From Balanoglossus misakiensis (lineage: Eukaryota; Animalia; Hemichordata): a DNA stretch of 64,000 nt. Shown piece after piece: positions 39,626 through 53,600 of the stretch. The DNA lies in contig CM082583.2 in the NCBI GenBank assembly GCA_040954595.2, positions 11,421,656-11,485,655 of the forward strand, written 5' to 3'. Below the pieces are notes generated by a model. That model was not told the origin of the DNA and ran no database searches. It was given only the letters and a program-made list of their open reading frames with translations. How positions within the stretch are numbered: the stretch's first letter is position 1; every line of letters starts with the position of its first letter. A program made the position numbers and the translations under genes.

Positions 39626-40777
39626 AAACTTGTCACACCCCTTATTGTAAATATTGGTATGTGCCAGTTATTTGGTGCCTTTTTGTGCATATAGATCATT
39701 CCATTATGGAGTTACGGGTGGCATTGAGCTGAACAGAGATACATGTAGAAAAAATGTCTAGTCTTGCTTGACAAGAACGCATTTTCCAGAAGTACATTTC
39801 CCCACTGCATGCATGTGTAAAACATTCTCAGAGACGATAACTGTACATTTGCAGCAAATGCAATTTTATTGAATCGTTTCAGTACAATGTTCTGGGAATA
39901 AATAGAAAGTTGTTACAGGTATATTTCAGACAAAATTCAAAAGTACATTTCACACCAAATAATGTTGATACGATTGCACTACATTGTCTTGAGTTGTTCA
40001 TATTACGTCACCTTCATTGATGTCTTTTACGATTACATTTATATGATAATGATATTTTTTAATTCTTTCACCCCCCCCCCCCCCCCCCCCAGTTTCCTCT
40101 ATAAAGGTCCAACTTTACCACAGAAAACAATGGATTTGGGTCAAACCATGGTGGTGAAAGGGTTGAGTTGACACTTTGTCAACCTTCAAAAGCTAAACTA
40201 TGGTAATTAAAACTGTGATTTGAAGAATAATAAGAGTACATATTTTTTCCTTTAATGTTCTACATTTACATGCATTTCATTTGGTGTTGTTTAAAGTTCT
40301 CTACAAAAATAAAATGTCTTTTTGCAATATTGAGCTTCAGAAAAAAAAAATTCCCCACCCCAAATTGTTGTGCACCAGTTGGCTAAAGTCCCAGATTGCC
40401 AAATGTGGTTCATATGTATTGACTCAACTAAATTATACAAGCACTTTGATTTCTAAAACATAGCTGATGAAATCTTGGACATTCATCCAAAGTCCTGAGA
40501 TAACACAAATCTAAGGCACTGTTGGCAATTGCTGTCTTTCTAAGAGCCTGCACTTAGTGCAGAGTTTAAAAGACACAGACGATGCATCTAGAGTCAACAA
40601 ATGGATGATCATTTGGTATAATGGCAACTCATGTTTTGCTATTTTCAACTGATATTTCATAGTCTTCCAGAAGTAGATTAATTAAAGACACATTTAGATA
40701 TAGGGTAGACTAAAATATGCAAATACTGAATAAAAGATATATAAGATGATAAAAGCTTGTAGGAAAAAAAAGTTAGA

Positions 40778-43700
40778 TTATGGAATGTAGAGTGCTGCAC
40801 CAATGCCTGGCTGAGTTGTGAAGAGACTCTCTTGAACTCTGGCCTTCCTCTCGGGATAATTTGTGTAATACCCATCGTAGACTTTGGACAGGAAGTCGGC
40901 GACTCTGTGGCCCCTCACCATGGAAACGGCACAACCTCCCCACCCGGCTCCTGTTAGTCTGGATCCCAGAGCTCCAGATTGCCTGTGTGTGGGAAGAGAA
41001 GAAGGATGGCATGCTGAAGACTGGATGATGTTCATTTTGCAAGTTTCTTTGTTCAAAAGTTGTTCTTTGGAACACATCTGGTGGCAGTACGTATACATGT
41101 ATGGGAGAATGTAGTTGAGTCAAACGAGATATGATAGCAACCATAGACTATTGGCAGCTTGGCCATCTCTGTTTAATTTGACTACATTAAAACTCCTTGG
41201 CCAATCGAACTGCACCAGTAAACATTTTTTCCCCTGGATACAAAGTGATATGACAACATGAGCTTCCAAGAGTGGCTATTCCGAACATGTTTAATCATCA
41301 AGAATTGATGGATCACAAATATCACAATACTATGCAACAGAAGACATTTTAAATCCAACTACATGTACTCACACACAGAGCTGTGTTAACTCATCTAACT
41401 CCGGACAACTGCATTCATAGAGATCCCGACAACTGGCGTGGCTCTCGCTCATCAGGTTGCCTAGCAACTTAACCGCGCCATCAGGGTTGTCGCCGCATAT
41501 ATCCACGAACTGGGAGACTCTGTTGGCTTCACTGAACACATGCTTGGCACGGGCGTGAAGTTTGAAAGATGTTACTGGAAGGAAAATAGAGATGATAAAG
41601 AAACAGAAGGTTACAGTCTGTTGTGCAGCTTGTCCCATTTATGTCGTACATTGACAATGTTTTCATTGATCTGCTGGAAAATGTTGAATACAGGTTTTCT
41701 TCAGGTGGTGTGGGATAATTCACTTACTGTGCAATGTGTTGTCACTGAGACTTGTTTGTCGAAGTTCGTCGTCAGTCACCCCAAGTATTTCACAGACTTC
41801 TGATTTCAGATACGGCTGTGTCTTCAGTTCTTTGTCCACAATTTCCAGCATTTCCTCAAGACTCACTCCAAGTTGTTTCTGTAGGTCACCCAGTTTCTGG
41901 ATTTCTTTCCACTCTTTCTGTTTAGATTTGGCAATGATCTAGATTGTGGCAAAAACAAACACACTCAGATACCATCGTTTATTGAAGAAGTTGCACATAG
42001 TCATGCAGTTCTGCATTGATGATGTTGCCACTGCAATGCCAAATAATCTTTCTATGCACAAACAGACCTCAGCAGAACCTTTGACCTCAACCATGTTACC
42101 ATGCTGGTTATTGTTTTTACCTGTGCTGCCAGTCTGCACTCCACGACCCGGATGTTGAATTGAGAAGTGGCTGCTTTCTGCATCTCCACACAGCTGTTGG
42201 TGATGACGAATACAACACCATCTGGCAGCTGTACATCTGTCGCCTTCAGTGGATTAAATTCAATGTGTTTGGCCTGTCAACAAATGAGAGGGGGGAAAGT
42301 GAGTGCTATAATTAATGGTCCATTTTATTTCTTATATCATATGTCAATTTGATACCTTTGAGGTTACCACAGGATACACCTACTTAATTCTGAATAAGTT
42401 GTTCTAGGTTTGGCTGATACCACAGGTCAGGGGTCAATGGTTAACACTTACAGTTTTCCTCTCTGCAAGGAAGGATATTGATTGGTCCATTCCACCACCT
42501 TGAGTACCGATATACCGTTCACACCAGGTGCATATGTCAGCCAGCTCCAGCTATGTCAGACACAGGACACAAAATACATCAGTAAAACATGCACTATTGA
42601 GGTTTCTTTGTATAACAAGAAGATTAATACATGTGCAATACTGTACACCAAACTATGAAGAATGATGCAGTTATTTTATTGAGAGCCAGGACAGAAGATG
42701 TTTTGCAGACTTACCTTTGAAATCCGAAGCCCATTGGCTTGCATGGTGACCAGCCCAGCACAGCAGACAAACGCACTTGAACTTGAGAGTCCCGCACTCT
42801 TTGGCACTGTGCCATCAAGAACAAGATTCATACCGACTGGATTCTCCAGCTTCTGGCTCTCCACAATGCCACGGAAACCACACAGAAAGTAGTTGTGCCA
42901 TTGCAGTATTGATTTATCAATTTCCACATCATTAACTTTGGTCGAAAATTCCCTGTAAGAAATGGAAGAGATGGTACAGAGGGTTTTTTAAAATCTCAGT
43001 TGCCAAGATGATCACAAATAAGTAGACATATTATTGCTGGCAATTTTGCCTTGTAAACTGTTTGTCAAAGAAGACCATTTTCAAAGATTTATTGATGACT
43101 TCTAGACAGAAATGTGGTTGTTCAGTAAATAACGTGATATTACCCATAATCTGGGTCTGTATTTAGTATGACTATTTCGCCTGTTGTGTTTGTTGATGCT
43201 GCAATGACGATGTCTTGTTCAATTGCCATGGGCAGGACAGAATAACCGCAGTAGTCGATATGTTCACCTACAGGAGAAATGAAAACTTATCTGGTATTAC
43301 TTAGTTATAGCACGGTTACTTTTCTAGTAACCTTGGTTATAGCTACAGTGTTTTCAACTGGAGTTATTTCATTGATTCTAGCCATGTTATGTCATAGACA
43401 CAGGAAACTTGTCATCTGTGGCTCTAACCACTTTCAAGGTCATGGAAGTGACGCCAAATGAGGCCATGTGAAGCAGTCTCACAAGGTCACTTCTGGTAAT
43501 TGGTCAATTCCCTTGTTAGCCAAGTCCTTTAATAGGCACAAAACGAATTCTTTGCTGCTCCTTGTGTTAATTGAATCCTTGCATTATGATTTAATTTAAA
43601 TATAATGAGGGACCTCACTGGTATAAATAACATTGCTGCAGGTGGTCGGGCCAGTGTCACACACTCCCCAAACAATACTGTGCATGTACATGTACATGCA

Positions 43701-44128
43701 AAACACTGGAGACTCTGGGATCGAGGACTACGCCTACGATCAGGTCTTGACCTGCGGCAAGGTTATGCATATACCGATCGTCGTGATCTTACCAATGATG
43801 TTAACTCTTCCTGGTGCCCGGCCATAAAATTCTGGGTCACTTCCAAATCTACCGTGAAATACCTGGCAAATCTTGTCAAACCTAGAATATATAAAGCAAA
43901 GTAAACCGATTGTAGATGCGATTGTATGTACACCTCCAACTTCCTCTGAAATAAGGGGTGTCAACATACGCCAGTCATAATGGGCTGATTGGGCGTGTAA
44001 GCTTACTTGACACTGTAAACGCGCACCCTGACAGTTTATGCGTTGTCCAGATACGAGTGTGATACCTACCTGTCTTTCTGAGACAGTGAAATTTTCAATT
44101 TCGGTGGGAACTCATCCTCGCTGGCCAT
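40778..44128 (-). CDS. GALK2: N-acetylgalactosamine kinase (GHMP family), multi-exon
   Basis: [100 protein letters not shown] and [15 protein letters not shown] at 44128 ([10 protein letters not shown]). Confidence 0.95.
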
Positions 44129-44662
44129 GTTGTCACTCTGGTAACCCCTGACCCGGCGACCCTTGTGTCAGGTGACTGGATCACAGCGCCGCCAGCGGCA
44201 CATGGTTTCTCTTCTTGACCCTTCGAAGAATAAAAACATTCTCGTTGCTGATTGGTTCAAGTCACCTGGACTACCTGGACATGTAAATTACCGTCTACCA
44301 TCCGGGCATTTCATTCGTAAAAGATGGCCACGCTGCTCAGTGCACGAAGGATTCATTTTGATGCGGAGCGCAGACAACTCAACAACAGAGTTTCCGAGCT
44401 TTTTATTTGCTGTAAAGTCTACGGTAAGTAAAGTTTAAGAAGTACATGTAGTCTTTTTATTTCACGCCCTCAATGATAGGTCAGTCGAAACGAGACTGTA
44501 CGTTGTTTGCTGCAAAACCTTGCAACCATAGTCCCTCCACATCTATACCTCAGTTCAGCTGGCCAATCACTGAGGGCGTAGAATAAAAAGATCCCATAAA
44601 AACAGTGCAAAGGTTACAGCGTGGATTGTGAAGAAAGGTCGGTCACTACTAAGCATACATAC

Positions 44663-44734
44663 TCCCATATGGTCTAGTGGTTAGGATTTGGCGCTCTCAC
44701 CGCCAAGGCCCGGGTTCAATTCCCGGTGTGGGAA
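44663..44734 (+). tRNA. tRNA-Glu (anticodon CTC)
   Basis: TCCCATATGGTCTAGTGGTTAGGATTTGGCGCTCTCACCGCCAAGGCCCGGGTTCAATTCCCGGTGTGGGAA folds as a cloverleaf with A and B boxes and anticodon loop CT-CTC-AC. A T-run Pol III terminator follows at about 44741. Confidence 0.95.
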
Positions 44735-47698
44735 GAATTATTTTTTATGAATATTTTACAATATTAAATCACTGCAAAATCTGTTATTCAGAAATGTTCT
44801 TAATGACTATTTTTTTTAGCTTTGGTGAATTCTCGTAGAGTGGGGAGGACATTTTTATTCCCGAATTCACTTCTAAAACTTTCTCACCGAAGATAAAAAG
44901 TAATGCCATATTTTTCGGACGACAATAGAGTAAAGTAAGACGACCATATCAGTGAGGTGAAGTGGTGTTGTGGGTTTGCTGAGGGGGTGATGTAGTTTGA
45001 TATTGCAGAGTCAAGTGGCGTGCAGTTTCAAAATGTTGCCATTGGACTGTTCAACGTGGCGACAGTTTTCTTGCTGGTCGCGCACGCTTCGCCAGAAACG
45101 TCAGCTTTGAGGGGTGAGACCGAATTCCAAAGCCGATAAAAATTTTGGTGATTAGTCTGAAAAAAGTGAATGAACCATTTTACTTTCTGTGTGCAGGCAA
45201 GAAGTGCTGGATCGTGGTCACTCCCGAAAATCACAGGAGTTAGGTACGTTCGCATACTTTCAGAAACTATAGCCAGCTTTGATGACAGGAGTGTAAAGAA
45301 GGAATATTACTCTAGAAGCGAGGCATTCAGCAAGCTCTTGTTGACATTTCAACCCCAATTTGTTTATTTTCCTTCATCTAGGTTCGATTTCCCAACTCCG
45401 AACAAAGGCGAGGTAAAACTGTCAAAATTGGATTGTAAGAAACTTACCCAGGATTAACCTCGTGAGCCGGAGCTTTGTTCTGTATCCCCACCCAACACGG
45501 TATATTGGAACCAGGGAGTTTTTTTCTCGGAGGATATTTACTTAGGAAAGTACAGAAGCCTATCGGGTCGACAGACATATAGACTCCCCCCGTGAATGCA
45601 AGTATGGTGAAAGGTAGACGTGTATAACACACGGCTAGACTTCGCTGAGTACTCTTTGTAATACAAGTATTTGTACAAACTTTCAAGCGGGTTGCAGCCA
45701 CTCTCCGTGTCGGCAGTCAACTGCAAGGTGGAGGTCCTACTGCTCGCGCACGTACCATCGAACGCTGAAAGTCACAGTCATCACGAACAATAAAACTGCA
45801 CAGCTCAGTCAAGACCAGCACCTGGGTAAGTTTCATGCTTTCCTTTCTTTTTCTGCTCTTTGCATGCCCTGTACAGTTGAAGCTTGGATTCCAAAGGTAG
45901 AAATTTCACAATAATGGACCCCACTGTTAAATTTCACGGCGTAGCCGATCCCTTTCCATGTTTTTTACTCGCTTGGTCACCTTTCTGAGGTAAAGTTTAC
46001 ACAGAAGCACAACAAAAGTAAACCTATACGCAGATACTTTATAATGTGATATTTTCGCAGACTATACACAACGCGATAGCATTTGTGGCACGAATGCATT
46101 CATAAGTGCTCCAAAATGCGATTCCTGGCGAAGCATTGGCCTTGATTGTCGCCAAAAGAATGACTTAATCCCTCTCAGAAGGCATTGAATGTCAACAGCG
46201 CTATGTCACAAAAGTAAGACGGACATTCGATCTTTTACCGAGAAAAGGCTCCAACTTGCGTACTTAAAGAACTTATTCCTAAATTTCTTACCCGATAAAA
46301 ACGCACTTTTATGTTTTGTCCCCTTTAGTCTTAATTCTGGCCCAAGACTGAGAGATAAGCATGAAACACAGCAAACCATACGTAACGCAGACGCGCATTT
46401 CATTTTCAGTATCACACAGTCTTGGAGCAAGACTACCCCCCCCCCTCCCCTGCGGGCAGTTGAGAGGCTATCGCGAACTCGATTTTGCACTCCGGCGGAA
46501 ACGTATCAGACGAGAAAAATAAATCAATTTGTCCTGTTTCCTAACTCTCTTTTTAGATCCACTTGCAGGGGTCGAGGAATCAGAGAATTCGTTAAACCTC
46601 TATAGAATTTGATATGTCGAGGATTTCCCTTGTATACGGCTGCAATTGTGTCGACAGGTAACACGAAAGATGTATTTCATTTCAAAAGTAATGTTTCTCC
46701 GTAGATTGAATCTGACGTTAAATATGGTGACCGGGGACTTCTAAAAGTCCCGTATGTATTGATTTATAAAAAAAGTAGACCTATTATTTCGAGACTATCC
46801 CATAATTGGAGATCTCGTTTTTGTTACCCAGGCCCGGTTCGGTTCAATGCAGTCTGTGTTCGCCTGACAGCGGCGCAGTGCACTTTAAAAGTCCCCCTGA
46901 GCATTCGATATGTTGGTCTGAAAGACTCGCATTCAGGAGGTCGACTTTTTCCTTCAGGGAAGTGTTTGTTTTAATGCCGTTTTAGTTGCACAGTTGCATA
47001 TACACCGGTCCTTTGAGATATTCTGCGCGATTGTGAAGCATTCGTGTAAATTTTAGTTGGTGACTTGATATCATATGGGTTGGCTGGCTGTTTATCCCAC
47101 GCGTCCTGTCGCCCAATTTTCCAAACTGTCAAAATATAAGAGGAAAAAGTCGAAACTTGACGAAAACGTCGGAATATACTAAAGTACATTTCCGAGCCAC
47201 CTGAAAAGGATTAATGCCATTTTAGAGTTCAGAAAAGAACTCTCCATAATAACAACAGTGTTCACAGTGGCCTGACATGACTGGCACCGCTCTACGTATA
47301 CGTCCAGGGTTGTCAAATTCCCTTAAAACGCCCTCCGGTAAAATCTAAATCCCCGGACGAGGAATCTAAGGGAAGAAAGTCTCACCTGTTTTTTGTGTGA
47401 ACTCGATATAGGGTCTTGTGCAGCATAAAAGAGGTATTTAGCGGCTTGAAGAGAATTTCTTTTGCAGATTCAATGTCGAGCTTGTTTATTGTAGACCAAA
47501 GTGGAATGTAAAGCCGTGGACCTGAGTGTCCAGTGGTGACGACAGATTGAGTTGATCTGAGGAATTGCCTGAGACAGGGAATAATTTTTTATACAGCAGA
47601 TAGCAGACACGCAGGCTCAAGTAATTCTATCAATCTTGTAGAATTTTTGTTGCGGGCGTTACAAAATATTTAATAAACTTTTTCATTTGATTTTGCAG

Positions 47699-50600
47699 AT
47701 GATAAAGATGACGGAGGAAATATTCTTGTTGGTTTTACTGTTCGTCACTGTAGCTACCAGTGGATCAATCACGGGTGAGTAATTCTCGTAAGCATTTGTT
47801 ATGGCCTGAATATTATAAAACCCCAATGTGTTATAGTGAAGACAATAAATTTTCCATCTGTTACTTTGCAGAGTTTGACCTTCTCAAGGAATTCAGATTG
47901 GAGGAAAGCGACGAAGACGGAATCGTCCAACTCCCAGAATTGTCCAACGCTGCGTTCAGCGACGCTTTCTACTTCGACGGACCAAGTGTCCGGAGAATCT
48001 TGAGAGCCGACAAGACACTTCTGAGAACACTGTTCAAGGAGCTACGAAAACGAGAAGAAGTCATTTTAGTGGCGAGAGTGAAAATTGGCGAGAAGTCTCC
48101 TGGTGGAGTGCTGGCTGGCATTTATTCCAAAGAGAATCTGAACATTTTTCTGGAATTCATGATTGGCGGGGAGAATGGCGATGATACGGGTATGTCAATT
48201 CAATTGGTGTGATTTTCGATTGTTTAAGTATACGTTCTATGCTAAAATATGCATTTCTTGGATGTGCACTAAAGTAGTTTTCATGATTTCTATATGAAGT
48301 TATTGATAAGTTGCAGCGGCGATTAAAACCTAGAATATACATCCGTGGCTAAAAAAAACTACCAGCGGAGTTTCTTCCCTTTCTTGTATTGAATTCCGTG
48401 GTAAATTAATAAACATTCAGCACTTTAGAACATTAACGACAGACCGATTTTCGTTTGTATAAGCTTCGTGTTCATTTTGACCACATCTGGAGCGACTCTA
48501 CAGCTGGCTGGGTCAAGTTGTAACACGGTCTAATTGTTTCCCTGGGTGCAATTTCATCCCTTATGGTGTCACATTGTTGATTTTCCCTCTTTGACGCATA
48601 ACTGAACAATGTAAACAGTGTTAGAAAGGTCCAAATAGGGTTAAAGATTTTGTAAGCGCTTATAGCTACGGCTGACAGGTATATTACCCCCCCCCCCCCC
48701 CAACAACGTGCCATGACTGACGAATTGTATTCGGAATAAGTTCTAACTAAAGCGTTTGGCTGAAGCTGTAAGTGCTTTTCTTGCCAGAGGCTATCACCTG
48801 TAGCATCACAGTCACCTCGGATTTCTTTTTGTTTCAGCCAAATTCACGTACCTATCTGAGGAGGGTCAGAGTTCAATCGTTTTTGACAGTGTTCGCATCG
48901 ACGACGACCAGTGGCATTACGTCATCCTTCACATCAAGGACTTGCGCAGACCGCAGAACGGTTTGGACCTGTACCTTGACTGCAAACTCGTCGGCACGGA
49001 TAACACCGAATCTCCGATCACACAGCGATTCCCGCGTAAAATATGGCAGTCTGAGTTCCGCCTAATCCAGCGTGGACCGGGTGACGGCATCTTGAAGTTC
49101 AAGGTCAGACTACCAATTCTAGAAATTTAACTTATAAAGCAATTTATGTCTATTTTCCATGTGTTCTTTTTCTCATTTTGTAAAAATCACCTGAACGTTT
49201 GTTTTGCATTTTATGTTTTTATTATATAGGGTGCATTGCAAGACGTGAAGATTATATTTGGTTCAAACATTCACAGTGTCATCAGCAATTCTCACTGTTC
49301 GGTCTTGGCTGACGAGAATGACGTCTTTTCAAACCTGAACGAAGGTAAGAACTTGGATAACTATTAAGAACAGCTCCTTCATGAAGAGTTGGCTTCACTA
49401 TAAAATTTTACCACCGACTATATTTAACATTTTCTTATTTTTCTCTCTTTTCTTTGCACGGTCGTCTTTCCACCTATAACAGTAGATGGTTCCGGTGAGT
49501 TGCTCAGCTCATTTACATGCCTACGTCACATCATCCTTTCTTTGTCACTCGTTCAGTTGACCAAAATGTGACCACATCATACAAGGGGTACTGGCCGTGG
49601 CGCCGAATATCGACGTTCCATTTCCGTTTCAGAGAGATGTATGAAAGCAACCGTTTGAGATTTTCGTCTACTTAACATGCTTTAATTATTATCGCGTCTG
49701 TGGTTTCCTCTTATTTTCAGACCCAGTGGTGGGCCTATGGATCCAGGCTCTGTACACACTGACCACAGCGATACAAAATCTACAGGATGATGTCCGTCTT
49801 CAGGCATGTATACTTTGGATGAATGCTAGATTATATTTATATCACTTTTTGTAGTTTGTGCAACGAGAAGAACGTAAGGTGATGAATATTGTCGTGATGG
49901 TAGTATTTTAACTCCATGTTACGTTCTCCGCAGGCGAGAGAGAGTCAACTTCTTCGACAGGAACTGTCCAAGTGTAAGATGTGCCACGACACAGGTAAGC
50001 TAATATATCTGTCTACTACTACTCTAGACATCAAACAAACGAGAAATTGTGTACTATGATGTATCGTGACTTCTACCTCGTTTTCGCAGACAACCTGGGT
50101 TATAATTGCGCCAACACCGACCCCGACACACCGGAAGCCACGGGGGTGCCACCCTTGAACGGAGGTGCGGGTGTGATCCCGAAGAGGACGTGCAACGACA
50201 GACCATGTTACCCCAGCGTCCAGTGCTTGGATCAGGCGAATGGCTTCAAATGCGCCGATTGTCCACGGGGAATGGTTGGAGACGGAGAAACTTGTGACGA
50301 CCTCAATGAGGTAGGCCTACTTGCATGTCTAAAATTGTCATTTGTATTCCACCAAATTATTTCATGCCTAGCCACAGTCCTCTTTAGAGAGACTATTTTT
50401 TTCTAAATCACTTGTGTTGATTTTTCGTTTGGACAATAGTGTGACCTGAATCCGTGTGACCCACTGACCATTTGCATAAATATGGACCCCGGGTTCAGAT
50501 GCACGAGGTGTCCAGATGGATATTCAGGTTCCCGGATGGAAGGGATTGGATTCGATCCATCTCGGCAACAAAAGCAGGTGAGCGTACAGTGACAGTGGTA

Positions 50601-53600
50601 AACAACGTAAGAGGGTGCTGTGCTTTCTTTCCCCACAGTTTATGGATGTCCACTGCAAGCATTGAAATGTGAAGTGCTACCCCATTGTTAGCACGACGAA
50701 TAATTTACACTTCTGTCTATAATTTCATTAGTGCCAAACGTGTTCTAACTCTGACATTCTTTCTGAAAACAGGTTTGCAAAGATGTGAACGAATGCGCTG
50801 AACACAACGGTGGCTGCGTTTTACACTCGCACTGTGTCAACACTGTGGTAAGTATGAAATAGTGCAGTGTTTTATTTGATGCGCGTAATGTTGATTAACC
50901 ATGAATTATGATTATTAAGATTATGAAATGATTGGATATATTAATTATCTGGCCTTCAGGGTTCTTTCGTCTGCGGTAGCTGTGTGAGCGGCTACACGGG
51001 GGATCAGTCGACCGGCTGCAGACCAGTCACGTTGTGTCCAGACGGTTCAGTCAGTCCCTGTGACGTCAATGCTCAGTGCATAGTTCACAGGAGTCAGCGT
51101 ATTTGCGTGGTAAGTGACCTAGTTGACCTGTAGTGATAAACAACAACGACAACAACAAAACTCGAGTGTCTAAAAATTTTGTACAGTATTTTTTCGTGAT
51201 ACACGGGTTATGATTATACGAATTCGTAAATGTATTTCTGTATTTCCGTAGTGTAACATAGGTTGGGCAGGTGATGGAATTGTATGCGGAACCGATTACG
51301 ACATCGATGGCTACCCAGACTCCACTTTATCCTGTTCGTCTCCTCGATGTGTGGCGGTAAGAGATGATTTCATCGATCCTGCATAAAAATTGATTTCGAC
51401 ACTGCATTTTTCTCCCACGGCTGCTGCCACACCTGATTATTAACGTCACAAACATATTCCAACGATTTTGCCATTGCAGGATAACTGTCCATTGATTCCA
51501 AACAGCGGACAGGAAGATGCCGATGGCGACGGTTTGGGTGATATCTGTGACGAAGATGCTGATGGTGACGGCGTCATGAATAGTCCTGTGAGTATAGATC
51601 CTTCAGTTTAAACAGTAGACCAACAACGTCAAGTTCCAAAAATATTCAGTATATTATTTAGTCCTTATCATAATATAGTCATGGTGATAATACCACCACA
51701 AATGTTGCTTTGTATGCCACAGGATAACTGTCCTTTGGTTGGTAATCCTGACCAAGAGGAAGATGATGATGACGTAGTGGGCAACGCCTGTGATAATTGT
51801 CCTGCTATCGCGAATCCACTACAAACAGACACAGATATGGATAGACTTGGCGATGCCTGCGACCCTGACCGGGACAACGACGGTAAGTCTAAATCTTATT
51901 CCTTGGTACTGCTTTATGTGAGGGTCCAAAGTAGTGGCTATAGTCAGAGGCGCATACAGTGGTTATGAAGTTCACCAAGTGACCCAGCGTACTAATGCAC
52001 TGGCTTCATGCCGTCTGAAATGTGTGCGTTCTCTAATTGATGACACACCGATCTCAGAAATGAGCACTGCAAGTTTAAAAAAATCCTAATATGTGAATAT
52101 TGTCCGCAGGTATTCTGAACGAGTATGACAACTGTCCAGTAACACCCAATGTGGACCAAATAGACACTGACGGCGATGGAGTTGGCGATGCCTGCGATAA
52201 CTGTCCAAATAAACCCAACAAAGACCAGGTAAGATAGATTCAGCTTAAGAGAAAGGGGTTGGTGTTTTAGCCCAAAGTGTAACGTACACTTGCGATACAA
52301 CCACTTCGTTCTGAGAGTAGCGTCGTTAATTTAGAGATGTACATTTTTACGATTGTATAGGGCGATGAAGACGACGATCTGGTCGGCGATCTGTGTGATA
52401 ACAACGAAGACAGGTGAGCAAAACACTCTCACTTGCATTTAGGGTCTCATTCTAGTCATCTTCCTGTCAATCTGTCTGCCTGCTTGTCTCTGTTTGTTGG
52501 TCTGTCTGTCCGTCGATTTCAAGTTGTAGGCGCTAGATACATAAATGCATTCCAGCGTACTCCGTGGTGCATGTATTGGTAGTATTCGTCAAAGTACAAT
52601 TCTAATATTTACATACACGTTCTGTATATCAGGGATAAAGATGGTATCCAAGATGATTTAGACAATTGCCCGGATGTTATCAACACTCCACAGCTGGATA
52701 CCGATGACGATGGAAAGGGTGACGCATGCGATGACGACGACGATGGTGACGGCGTTGAAGACAAGGCAGACAATTGTCGACTGGTTCCAAATCCAGACCA
52801 GCTCGATTCCAATGGTAAGTACAATGTGCATAAGTCGATTTATGCCTCGAGTAAATATACATCATACCTGATGTTTCCTAAACGCCTGTTCCGCTTACCC
52901 TGCCATCCCGTAATCACTGTTCTCCTCGTTTCCAAGGTGACGGCAGAGGCGACGCGTGCGACACAGATTTCGACGACGACGGGGTGGATGACGTCGACGA
53001 TGCCTGCCCGGAAAACCCACACGTTAAGTACACAGATTTCAGGGCCTTCCAATCGATTGCCTTGGATCCGGAGGGTGACGCCCAATACGATCCAAAGTGG
53101 ATTATTTACGATCAGGTGAGGACTTAAGTTATCATCAGATTCGAAGTAATTTTAATGATCACTCCCAGATAGTAAATTGTCTCTTTCGTCTGCAGGGCCG
53201 CGAAATCATCGAAACAGTGAACAGCGATCCAGGAATTCTGGCGGCCTACCACCGCTTTGATAACGTCGACTACGAAGGGACGTTTTTCGTCAACACCCGC
53301 AGGGATGACGATTACGCAGGTTTCGTCTTCGGTTACCAGGACAACAAGAGCTTTTACGTCTTGATGTGGAAGCAGAAAGACCAGACGTATTGGAAGTCCA
53401 CTCCGTTCAGAGCGGTCGCAGAGCCGGGAATTCACCTGAAGGTTCGTCTATGCACGGCGGTCTATTCATATCTTGGACTTATTTTCATTATCACATCAAA
53501 GCCGTCAAAACAGGTGAACGTTCGTTCACCAAGTTTTGTTTGTATATCAACAGGCAGTGAAATCTCTAACGGGACCAGGTGAAATGTTGAGAAACTCGCT

